Of a DNA stretch of 50,026 nt, positions 43,794-50,026 are shown one piece after another. This DNA is from a virus: positions 1-50,026 of IMG/VR virus record IMGVR_UViG_3300046616_000032; one strand, given 5' to 3'. The notes under the pieces are model-generated. The model was not told the DNA's origin and did not search any database. It saw nothing but the letters and a program-made list of their open reading frames with translations. The position numbers and the translations under genes were made by a program. The number at the start of each line of letters is the position of its first letter. Within the stretch, counting starts at the first letter, position 1.

Positions 43794-44723
43794 TTAAACG
43801 GCCTTTGCTGCCGCAGGCTCATTGGAAGCCGCTCCGCCATCGCTCGGAAACGCCTTCTGATTGCGCTTGCGGGTTGCTTTTGCCTGCTCTTTGCGAACGT
43901 TCGCAGAAGCCTGCAATTCCTTCGCACGGTCGGTAGCGGCCTGTGCCACGGCCATCAAATCATCGACGGATGACAGGAAACCAATGGAGCGGAGAACGAA
44001 CGCGAGGTGATCCACGTTCGATTGCCCGACCTTGTCCGCGATCTTGATTGCCTTGGCTTTCGCGTTGCCGGGCACAGCGTTGAAGATATCCGAACCCTTG
44101 TCCGCGACCATCGCCGCCGCGATACGAGACGGTTTGTCCGTGCTCGCCTTGACGTTGTTCGATGCCTTGGTTTCACCCTGCGGCTTGGCGGGAGGCTTGG
44201 GAGCCAACTGCTTTTCGAGCGCCGCGAAAGCGTTTGCGCCCTTCGTCTTTTTCATGATGAAATCAAAGACGATATCGCACGCCTTGTCCGCCGTCTTGGC
44301 ACGCAGGATCATGCTCAGCGGCGATCCATCCTGAACGCCCTTCTTATCGTAGTCTTTGACCAGCGACCGAGCCATGTTCGTGGCGACCGAAAGGAACCGG
44401 TAAACCCACGCCTTGCCGAACTCTTTGCCGCGCTTGGCTTCCCCGTATTCCTTGAAGGCGGTAACGATTTCCGCCTTGGTATCATCGTAGCTCGCCCGGT
44501 CAGCCTCAATCGGCGAGTACGTCCGGACAACGAGATGCACAACCATCGAAGCAGTCATTCGCAGGGTGGCATCTGCGGCGTTGCCGATATTGGCAACCAC
44601 AACCTTGAGGCTGTCCGCGGCCTTGATGTACACGACCTTGTCAATGGTCTTTTCCGAACCGGTATCGGTAGCGGCAGCCATGACAGGAACCAGCGAGGTA
44701 GAAGCGAAAAGGATTGAACGCAT
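43794..44723 (-). CDS. first leftward (early) gene: 309-aa Ala/Lys-rich protein with signal-peptide-like N terminus
   Basis: MRSILFASTSLVPVMAAATD... is followed by a helical domain and a Lys/Pro/Ala-rich linker. Flanked by the regulatory region on one side and a terminator on the other. Confidence 0.65.
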   Translation of the reverse strand: MRSILFASTSLVPVMAAATDTGSEKTIDKVVYIKAADSLKVVVANIGNAADATLRMTASMVVHLVVRTYSPIEADRASYDDTKAEIVTAFKEYGEAKRGKEFGKAWVYRFLSVATNMARSLVKDYDKKGVQDGSPLSMILRAKTADKACDIVFDFIMKKTKGANAFAALEKQLAPKPPAKPQGETKASNNVKASTDKPSRIAAAMVADKGSDIFNAVPGNAKAKAIKIADKVGQSNVDHLAFVLRSIGFLSSVDDLMAVAQAATDRAKELQASANVRKEQAKATRKRNQKAFPSDGGAASNEPAAAKAV

Positions 44724-44779
44724 GTTAGTCGCCTTTCTTGTGAACCCCTACCGTGCCGATTGGCCGGTTTCTTGGGGTT

Positions 44780-44794
44780 GTCTACTCAAGTAGA
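44780..44794. promoter_or_regulatory. operator-like palindrome GTCTACT-CA-AGTAGA(a), copy 2
   Basis: Lies 57 bp upstream of the early-gene ATG. On the minus strand it directly follows a TAGAAT hexamer. Confidence 0.5.
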
Positions 44795-44973
44795 AAAATT
44801 CTACTTTGTCCCATAGGTTCGCGTTCTCCGAAGTGGAGTTTTCGAACCCAAAGGTACCACGGGAAACAGAACCCACCCGCAGGAACCCCAATTAGACCCT
44901 TGAAATGTGGCAAAACTAAGGCAGTTCCTGCGACAAAATGTCGCATGTGTGTTCACGTTCCGTTCCTCTATAC

Positions 44974-44985
44974 TTAACATGTTAA
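44974..44985. promoter_or_regulatory. 12-bp perfect palindrome TTAACATGTTAA
   Basis: Seen directly in the non-coding leader between the two GTCTACT palindromes. Confidence 0.3.
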
Positions 44986-45031
44986 ATATCGTACAATTGG
45001 TCCCGCAGGGATATGCGTGGAATCCGAATTT

Positions 45032-45047
45032 GTCTACTCAAGTAGAC
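45032..45047. promoter_or_regulatory. 16-bp perfect palindrome GTCTACT-CA-AGTAGAC (operator-like), copy 1
   Basis: Seen directly. Identical core to the copy at 44780 and shares half-sites with 41774. Confidence 0.55.
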
Positions 45048-45154
45048 TTGCCCAACGGGCTGAGCTATGCGCCTAGTGCAGATGCCTCTAGGATTGAATT
45101 AGAAGGCCGTGGGTGAGTTTTGCCCCTTGGCCGCACCCTGACTACCCCTTGATG

Positions 45155-45182
45155 ATTTTACGAGATACGTGACATTCGTCAC
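45155..45182 (-). promoter_or_regulatory. candidate leftward sigma70-type promoter
   Basis: The minus strand reads GTGACG-16 nt-TAAAAT. The -35 overlaps the palindrome GTGAC-attc-GTCAC (45169..45182). It lies back-to-back with the rightward promoter. Confidence 0.35.
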
Positions 45183-45200
45183 AGTGTAGCGTCCTGTCAT

Positions 45201-45218
45201 TGCAACTAATAGGTTGCA
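45201..45218. promoter_or_regulatory. palindrome TGCAAC-TAATAG-GTTGCA between divergent promoters
   Basis: Seen directly. Located 12 bp upstream of the -35 of the rightward promoter. Confidence 0.4.
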
Positions 45219-45229
45219 TGCAGATTAAC

Positions 45230-45257
45230 TTGACGGTAACGACCAAGCCTCTATAAT
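45230..45257 (+). promoter_or_regulatory. sigma70-type promoter (plus strand) for two small ORFs
   Basis: TTGACG-16 nt-TATAAT. Confidence 0.65.
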
Positions 45258-45293
45258 CGCGTGTATGGGCAATCCCGCCCTAGGGGAATGACA

Positions 45294-45500
45294 ATGACAG
45301 ACAGACAGAAGGCAATTGCGAAAGCTCGCGAGGCTTATCGCTTCTGGAACACAACCGGCATTAAGCCCGTGGGTTTCACTGTGACCGATGACGAGCAACA
45401 CCCATTCCGCTTTGTTGCGCACGGTTGGGTTATCCGCTTGCGCGACCAAGGCAAAGTCTCTTTCTGCTACCGTGCAACCGAGCCTGAGGATTTCCAATGA
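45294..45500 (+). CDS. hypothetical protein (68 aa)
   Basis: ATG at 45294 (or 45288) is preceded by AGGGGA. The track start at 45261 (GTG) would lie at or upstream of the predicted transcription start. Confidence 0.5.
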   Translation: MTDRQKAIAKAREAYRFWNTTGIKPVGFTVTDDEQHPFRFVAHGWVIRLRDQGKVSFCYRATEPEDFQ

Positions 45501-45593
45501 CCAACGATGAAAAGTGGTTTGCTTGCTGCCTGCCTTTCGTGCCCGTTTGGGTTTGTTGGGCGTTGTGGTATTCATTCGGATAAGGGAGAAGCC

Positions 45594-45767
45594 ATGTTGA
45601 CGATCAAAATTGAGACTGCCTCTAATCGTGTGATGGTCTTTGAATACCAGATGCCAATGAAACACACTCTCGATTGGCTCATTCAAACGACCAAAGAGAA
45701 TGTCCCCGATTGGACCAAGATCACGATTGAGTTGACGCCTACCACCATCGAACACGCAGCTAGATAG
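45594..45767 (+). CDS. hypothetical protein (57 aa)
   Basis: ATG at 45594 is preceded by AAGGGAGAAG. The upstream part of track ORF 45507.. is Cys/Gly-rich and implausible. A terminator follows. Confidence 0.5.
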   Translation: MLTIKIETASNRVMVFEYQMPMKHTLDWLIQTTKENVPDWTKITIELTPTTIEHAAR

Positions 45768-45788
45768 CTTCTGAATATCGGAATACTC

Positions 45789-45818
45789 AAGGGCGCTTTC
45801 GGGCGCCCTTTCTTTTTG
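45789..45818 (+). terminator. rho-independent terminator (plus strand)
   Basis: AAGGGCGC-tttcgg-GCGCCCTT followed by TCTTTTTG. Confidence 0.8.
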
Positions 45819-45974
45819 TCCTAATCGTTAGTGTACAAACGATATTCGTTTAGTAGATCAATGACCTAATCATGTGTTCGAGTTAGCGGAGTGGCTTCAT
45901 TGCGTGACACACTAAAAACGTATCTCTAAGACTTCCTGTCATCGAAGATGACCCACCATCGCGCATCACATCGT

Positions 45975-46005
45975 GTTGACATCGCACGACAATCCGCATG
46001 TCAAC
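45975..46005. repeat. inverted repeat GTTGACAT-N15-ATGTCAAC
   Basis: Seen directly. Further TTGACA/TTGACG hexamers follow at 46036 and 46044, none with an adequate -10. Confidence 0.3.
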
Positions 46006-46152
46006 CCTCTTGCGTGGTCCATATACGAAAATATTTCCCTTGACACGCTTGACGACCCACCCCTAGGCAGGGGGTCACGGGGGGTGCGCGTGGGGGTGGA
46101 AGGCACCCTCAGGATTTCTCACAAGAATTCTGGGGTTTGGAGCAGATTTCTC

Positions 46153-46181
46153 TTGACAACCCTCGCGGAATATGGTATAAT
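46153..46181 (+). promoter_or_regulatory. consensus sigma70 promoter (plus strand)
   Basis: TTGACA-accctcgcggaatatgg-TATAAT: perfect hexamers with a 17-nt spacer. Confidence 0.8.
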
Positions 46182-46185
46182 ATAC

Positions 46186-46399
46186 ATAAGGTAGACATTA
46201 AGGTTCTTATAGGAAACTTAGATACCTATTAAGTTAATATCATAAGAACCCATTGAGTACTCATTGAGTAACCCAGATACCTATTAATATAAATCTAAAG
46301 GTATCTAAGTCTCCTTAAGGTACCCAATGAGTGGCCTTCGGCGCTCACTCTCTAAGATATCATTAGAGACCACATCTTTGGTCGCCCTATTTCATTTCT
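46186..46399 (+). other. AT-rich, repeat-dense transcribed leader (candidate structured RNA or replication-origin-like element)
   Basis: Inverted repeats GGTTCTTAT/ATAAGAACC (46202/46242) and CTTAGATACCT/AGGTATCTAAG (46217/46299). Direct repeats AGATACCTATTA (46220, 46275) and CATTGAGTA (46251, 46262). No plausible ORF. Confidence 0.4.
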
Positions 46400-46444
46400 G
46401 TGTCGTCCTTTTCAGTGACGAAGTCACGCCATTGCGGAGCAATT

Positions 46445-47113
46445 ATGGAACCTGCCTCTATTCGCTATAAGAACCCCGGGGCTATGTGGGGCAATGCCCT
46501 AGCCCGTAAGTGGGGAGCAGCCCCTAAGGCTGTGACCCTGAATGACGGCAAAGGCCAAGGCAATAACATCGCTGTCTTCCCGACCTATGTCCAAGGCATT
46601 TGCGCCCAGCTCGATCTGTGGCGGTCGTCCAAGAACTACAAGAACAAGAAATTCGCTGATGCGATATCCGTCTGGTCGGGCCACAACGAGGTCCCCAGCT
46701 ACATCTCCTTCGTCAAGAAGCGTGTCCCCGGCCTCACAGAGGCTACGGTCATGGATGACGCCTTCTGGAAGTCCGATAAGGGAGTAGCCTTCCTCAAGGC
46801 TCAGGCTTGGCACGAAGCAGGCAAGGAATACCCCGCTCCTTCTCAGGACTGGTTGAACGCCCAAGGCATCGTCCTTGGCCAGAAGCCTCTAGAAGCCCCT
46901 AAGAAGGCCACACAGGCGATTGTAGTCTCCGGGGCTAGTCAGGTAGCCGCCCACACCGCAGGCTTCTCCACGGCCTCCGCTGTCCTTCTGGGAGCCATTG
47001 TAGTCGTCGCCGTTGGTCTGTTCCTCTGGTGGAAGCACAAATCAGACAATCAGAAGTACATTAATACCGAACTTGCAAAGGTCACCCTTCAGGATGTCAA
47101 AGTTCAAGAATGA
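46445..47113 (+). CDS. putative cell-wall-active protein with C-terminal membrane anchor (lysis candidate)
   Basis: ATG at 46445 with GGAG 5 nt upstream. N-terminal IRYKNPGAMWGN motif of the kind seen in some phage lytic or virion enzymes. C-terminal TM helix AVLLGAIVVVAVGLFLWW. Confidence 0.35.
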   Translation: MEPASIRYKNPGAMWGNALARKWGAAPKAVTLNDGKGQGNNIAVFPTYVQGICAQLDLWRSSKNYKNKKFADAISVWSGHNEVPSYISFVKKRVPGLTEATVMDDAFWKSDKGVAFLKAQAWHEAGKEYPAPSQDWLNAQGIVLGQKPLEAPKKATQAIVVSGASQVAAHTAGFSTASAVLLGAIVVVAVGLFLWWKHKSDNQKYINTELAKVTLQDVKVQE

Positions 47114-47591
47114 CATCGGCATGTTCCTCCTTCAGGGGTTATTTTTCGAAGTCTCCCCCAATAAGGATCAAGTCGTTTACACACTCAAGGACCGGGATCA
47201 CAATGGATATCCCAGTCTATACCGGCTCTACATGGAATGCAACGACCCCACGGAGTACACCTTCGCGACCAAGCACTTGGACGGTTGGGCTCACTGGGAA
47301 CGGCTTTCCCAGTGTACGTGGTTCCAGCCTTATATCGACCGATGGCGTCGTGAGCTAGAACTCAGGTTCAAAGCCCTAGCCCTCCAGCGTATCCACAAAG
47401 CGGCTCAGGCAGGCGGCAAGGAGTCATTCCAAGCCGATAAGTTCCTCGTCAATGGCGGCTGGAAGGACCCCTCGGCTAAGAAGCGGGGTGCTCCTACGAA
47501 GGCTGAGGTCAAGTCCGAGGCTCACCGTATCGCCCTAGAGCAGTCCACCCTTGAAGACGATTTCGAACGAATTACAGGAAATCTTAATTAA
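47094..47591 (+). CDS. terminase small subunit (candidate)
   Basis: 165 aa from the internal ATG (MSKFKNDIG...). Helical with a basic C-terminal half (KKRGAPTKAEVKSEAHR). Sits on the same transcription unit that runs across the junction into terL. Confidence 0.35.
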   Translation: MSKFKNDIGMFLLQGLFFEVSPNKDQVVYTLKDRDHNGYPSLYRLYMECNDPTEYTFATKHLDGWAHWERLSQCTWFQPYIDRWRRELELRFKALALQRIHKAAQAGGKESFQADKFLVNGGWKDPSAKKRGAPTKAEVKSEAHRIALEQSTLEDDFERITGNLN

Positions 47592-49903
47592 TGGCAAAAT
47601 ACAATTCCGACGGGACAATCGCTACTACTACTGTATCCGGTTCGTCTCGAACGGGGTTGTTTGCTGCCGACGGCTCCCTGAACATCGTCCTCGATGACGC
47701 TGTCTACAAAGGTCTCTACCATCCTTGTGGAGCCCTTCGGGTCAATTCCGACACTACTACCCAGCGCACCTATGATCCCTCAGGAGCCTACTACCTCGGC
47801 ACTCTTCTTGGAAGAGGAGGGGTGGCGCCCTACGCTCCCGTTGACCCAACTATCATACAGAACTTCTTCGCCAGCGATGGCTCGCAGAACGCGGTGACGG
47901 CCGTCATCAACGGCTGGAGTGGGCAATATTACAACGGCCGAACCTATGTTGCCTATCAGGGCGCGCAGTTCGATCTCTACCTGACGGCCTACAACCATTC
48001 CACGTCGAACTTTGAGGGGCCTTACTTCGTTTCCAAGGGCAACCTTGTCGGTGACGCCCACGGCTATCCCGGTGTCCTTATCAAGAAATACGGAACGGGG
48101 ATCGGCACTATTCACTACATGGGTGGATCGCACGTCAACCCGCTGGTCTATGCCAAGTCGAGCGTAGCTCAGGACGTATCGACAATGGTTGTGCAAACCT
48201 CGCCGGTCGCCTCGTGCTCATATCCTACCTTGCGAGAAACCACTGACGGCAAGCTCTGGCTGTTCTACCGCGCCGGAGGCCATCTTAGCCCGTGGTCCTA
48301 CATCACCTCGACGGACAACGGGGCAACGTGGTCAGCGGCTACCATCTTCCTGAACTACGGACTTGGCACAAGCGACTCGGCCTATGCGTGGGTCACCAAT
48401 GACAGCGCGGACAACTTCCATATTTCTTGGCTGTGGCAGGACGAAGACAATTCACTCGGCAACCCGAACGCCCCTGCAATCGGCAACCGCTATAACGTCT
48501 ATTATATGAAACTTTCGAGCGGCGCGACGGTCAAGACAAACCTCGCCGGTACGACGCTCGCAACCTTCCCGCCGACGCTCACCAGCTCGAATGCTGAGTG
48601 TATTCTCGTCAGCACGACGCCGACATGGCTTCTGGTTCAGGTCGCCCAAGTCGCGGTCGATAGTTCGAACAATCCCTATATCTCGTGGAACCAACTGACG
48701 AACACTAACACCGGGCTTCCGCATACCTACAAGGTAGGCTGGTGGAATGGCTCGTCGTTCAGCACGAGCGACATCACGACCACGGACCACATCTTCGACG
48801 AATATGATGTGGAGTGCGTATCTGGCAGCAGTGCGGCAAACGTTGTCCTTCGTGCCGTTGTAACCAAGGGTGGCTCCACGGGCACCAACGGCGACTACGA
48901 CGCCACCCAGACGGATCGCGGCGGCAGTCTTGAGGAGTGGACCTCGACGGCAGGCATTGGAAGCTGGAGCAAGACGGCAACCATCATCACTGCTCCGAAC
49001 ACAGGCGATCTCTACAACTCGCCGAATTTCGTCAAGGACTACCAAGCGTCCGCTAAGGTCCTCTATAACGAATGGGTCAATAACCTCTCGACTTACACGG
49101 CCAAGGTCGGGCTGTGGGGCTCTGGCGGTGCCGTTAGGGTGCCGTTCGAGGCGGAGACTACTGCCTTCCTCAACCGCTTTTCCGTTACCCCAAGCGCCGC
49201 CGTCCAGTGCGACATCAATGCAATGTGGCGCATCCTGAAAGCGTCCGGCCTCACCGCATCCCTTGATGCCTTTTACCTGCTCGGCCTGATGGATGCCCAG
49301 TCCGCGCGCTTGAACTGGATCAATACGAACTTCACATTGACGCCGCAGGGCAACACCGGAAATGGGCCGACGCATACATCAGGCGCGGGCTTCACCGGGA
49401 ACGGAACGGATAGCTACCACGACACCGGCATTCTAGCTGGCGGTCTGACTAATTTTACCCAGAACAGTGCAGCGGCTGGTATCTGGTGCGATGTCAATGC
49501 TCAAGGCGCCGCCGCTGATTTCGGTCAGGCATACGGCACGTCAGATGTCTATATCCGTCTTCGTGACGCCAGCAACCTTACCTTTGGGCGCATCAATCAG
49601 AACACGACGCTCAATGTGGCTAATACCGACAACACGTATCTGACGTCAGTAGTCCGCACGGGTGCGACCGCAATGGCACTGCGTAAGAACCTCTCGCAAA
49701 TTGCCTCTGGCGCTGGCGCATCTTCGGCTCGCGATAATACGGCCGGCCATACGTTTTGGATTGGCGGTGTCAATCTCGGCACGCCTCAGTTTTCCAGCCG
49801 GCGACTTGGCGCGTGCTACATCGGCGCGGCGATCAGCGCGGCGCAGGAAAAGGCACTCTATAACATGCTTTATAGCTGGTTCCGCAAGCGTGGAACGATT
49901 TAA
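47591..49903 (+). CDS. BNR/Asp-box beta-propeller protein with C-terminal lectin-like domain (tail spike / depolymerase candidate)
   Basis: 770 aa. Asp-box STDNGATW, DAHGYPGVLIK...IHYMGGSHVNPLVY. The C-terminal ~250 aa are jelly-roll-like, ending AAQEKALYNMLYSWF. The stop lies inside the terminal repeat. Confidence 0.5.
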   Translation: MAKYNSDGTIATTTVSGSSRTGLFAADGSLNIVLDDAVYKGLYHPCGALRVNSDTTTQRTYDPSGAYYLGTLLGRGGVAPYAPVDPTIIQNFFASDGSQNAVTAVINGWSGQYYNGRTYVAYQGAQFDLYLTAYNHSTSNFEGPYFVSKGNLVGDAHGYPGVLIKKYGTGIGTIHYMGGSHVNPLVYAKSSVAQDVSTMVVQTSPVASCSYPTLRETTDGKLWLFYRAGGHLSPWSYITSTDNGATWSAATIFLNYGLGTSDSAYAWVTNDSADNFHISWLWQDEDNSLGNPNAPAIGNRYNVYYMKLSSGATVKTNLAGTTLATFPPTLTSSNAECILVSTTPTWLLVQVAQVAVDSSNNPYISWNQLTNTNTGLPHTYKVGWWNGSSFSTSDITTTDHIFDEYDVECVSGSSAANVVLRAVVTKGGSTGTNGDYDATQTDRGGSLEEWTSTAGIGSWSKTATIITAPNTGDLYNSPNFVKDYQASAKVLYNEWVNNLSTYTAKVGLWGSGGAVRVPFEAETTAFLNRFSVTPSAAVQCDINAMWRILKASGLTASLDAFYLLGLMDAQSARLNWINTNFTLTPQGNTGNGPTHTSGAGFTGNGTDSYHDTGILAGGLTNFTQNSAAAGIWCDVNAQGAAADFGQAYGTSDVYIRLRDASNLTFGRINQNTTLNVANTDNTYLTSVVRTGATAMALRKNLSQIASGAGASSARDNTAGHTFWIGGVNLGTPQFSSRRLGACYIGAAISAAQEKALYNMLYSWFRKRGTI

Positions 49904-50026
49904 AGGGCTTAAGATGTAATGTCAGACCTGCCTCCGAACGACCAGAAAGAACTTTTCAAACAAGCAATCAAAGAATGGATGGATGAACGTTACGCCGACC
50001 TAGGACGCTGGGCAGTCAAAGTCATT
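49900..50026. repeat. 127-bp exact terminal repeat, copy 2 (identical to 1..127)
   Basis: Verbatim duplicate of bases 1-127. It contains the stop of the BNR gene and the first 107 nt of the 57-codon membrane ORF. Confidence 0.95.

Noticed and set aside
44838-44852. GGTTCGAA-like string (gggttcgaaaac on the minus strand) resembling a tRNA T-loop.
   Set aside because: The flanking bases do not form a T stem, and no acceptor or anticodon arms can be drawn around it. No tRNA was recognised anywhere in the window.
45167-45182. CRP-like site TGTGA-cgaatg-TCACg on the minus strand.
   Set aside because: It matches 9 of 10 consensus positions. However, its centre lies only about 27 bp upstream of the putative start site, overlapping the -35 and spacer rather than at an activating position. 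The host is also unknown. It is kept only as part of the palindrome inventory.
45155-45257. Divergent promoters plus operators as a lysogeny switch.
   Set aside because: No integrase, excisionase, CI/Cro-type helix-turn-helix repressor or attachment site was recognised. The genome otherwise looks strictly lytic.
46060-46105. G-run tract (GGGGG tcac GGGGGG tgcgcgt GGGGG t GG) as a G-quadruplex.
   Set aside because: Only three runs have three or more G; the fourth is GG. The segment is equally explained by the local hairpin CCCCT-aggc-AGGGG.

Overview
The window is a complete, circularly closed dsDNA phage genome. It has 49,899 unique bp, and bases 1-127 recur verbatim at 49900-50026, most simply an assembly overlap. 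The layout resembles a T7-like podovirus, but I could not recognise a phage RNA polymerase.

Plus-strand virion block (20..22008): a small membrane protein, large terminase, portal, scaffold and major capsid. These are followed by three fibre-like proteins, a Gly-rich protein and two membrane proteins. The block ends with tail tubular A/B-like proteins, a GNAT acetyltransferase and three internal-virion/ejection proteins (191 aa, 1907 aa, and 873 aa with a C-terminal lysozyme-like domain).

Minus-strand block (44723..22049), converging on a bidirectional terminator at about 22.03 kb: terminator-insulated early genes come first, then a tightly coupled operon. That operon contains a roughly 7.4-kb amide-ligase / glutamine-amidotransferase / gamma-glutamyl cluster (33.3-40.7 kb).

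A textbook sigma70 promoter at 32.8 kb drives the replication module. This holds a T7 gp4-like primase-helicase, a family-A DNA polymerase, a gp2.5-like SSB, a Cas4-like nuclease, Endo VII and two metallophosphoesterases. It ends with a nucleotide-pool trio: two nucleoside 2-deoxyribosyltransferase-like proteins and a dATP/dGTP-diphosphohydrolase-like protein.

Regulatory hub (44.7-46.4 kb): promoters, terminators, operator-like palindromes and a structured AT-rich leader. It is followed on the plus strand by a lytic-enzyme-like protein, a small-terminase candidate and a 770-aa BNR/Asp-box protein.

I recognised no tRNA, CRISPR array, integrase or repressor.

The strongest lead is the multi-enzyme amidoligase cluster. 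It has no assignable product and sits alongside a polymerase with atypical exonuclease and O-helix residues and the NDT-like/dNTPase genes. All functional calls rest on motif recognition by eye and gene order; no database search was possible.
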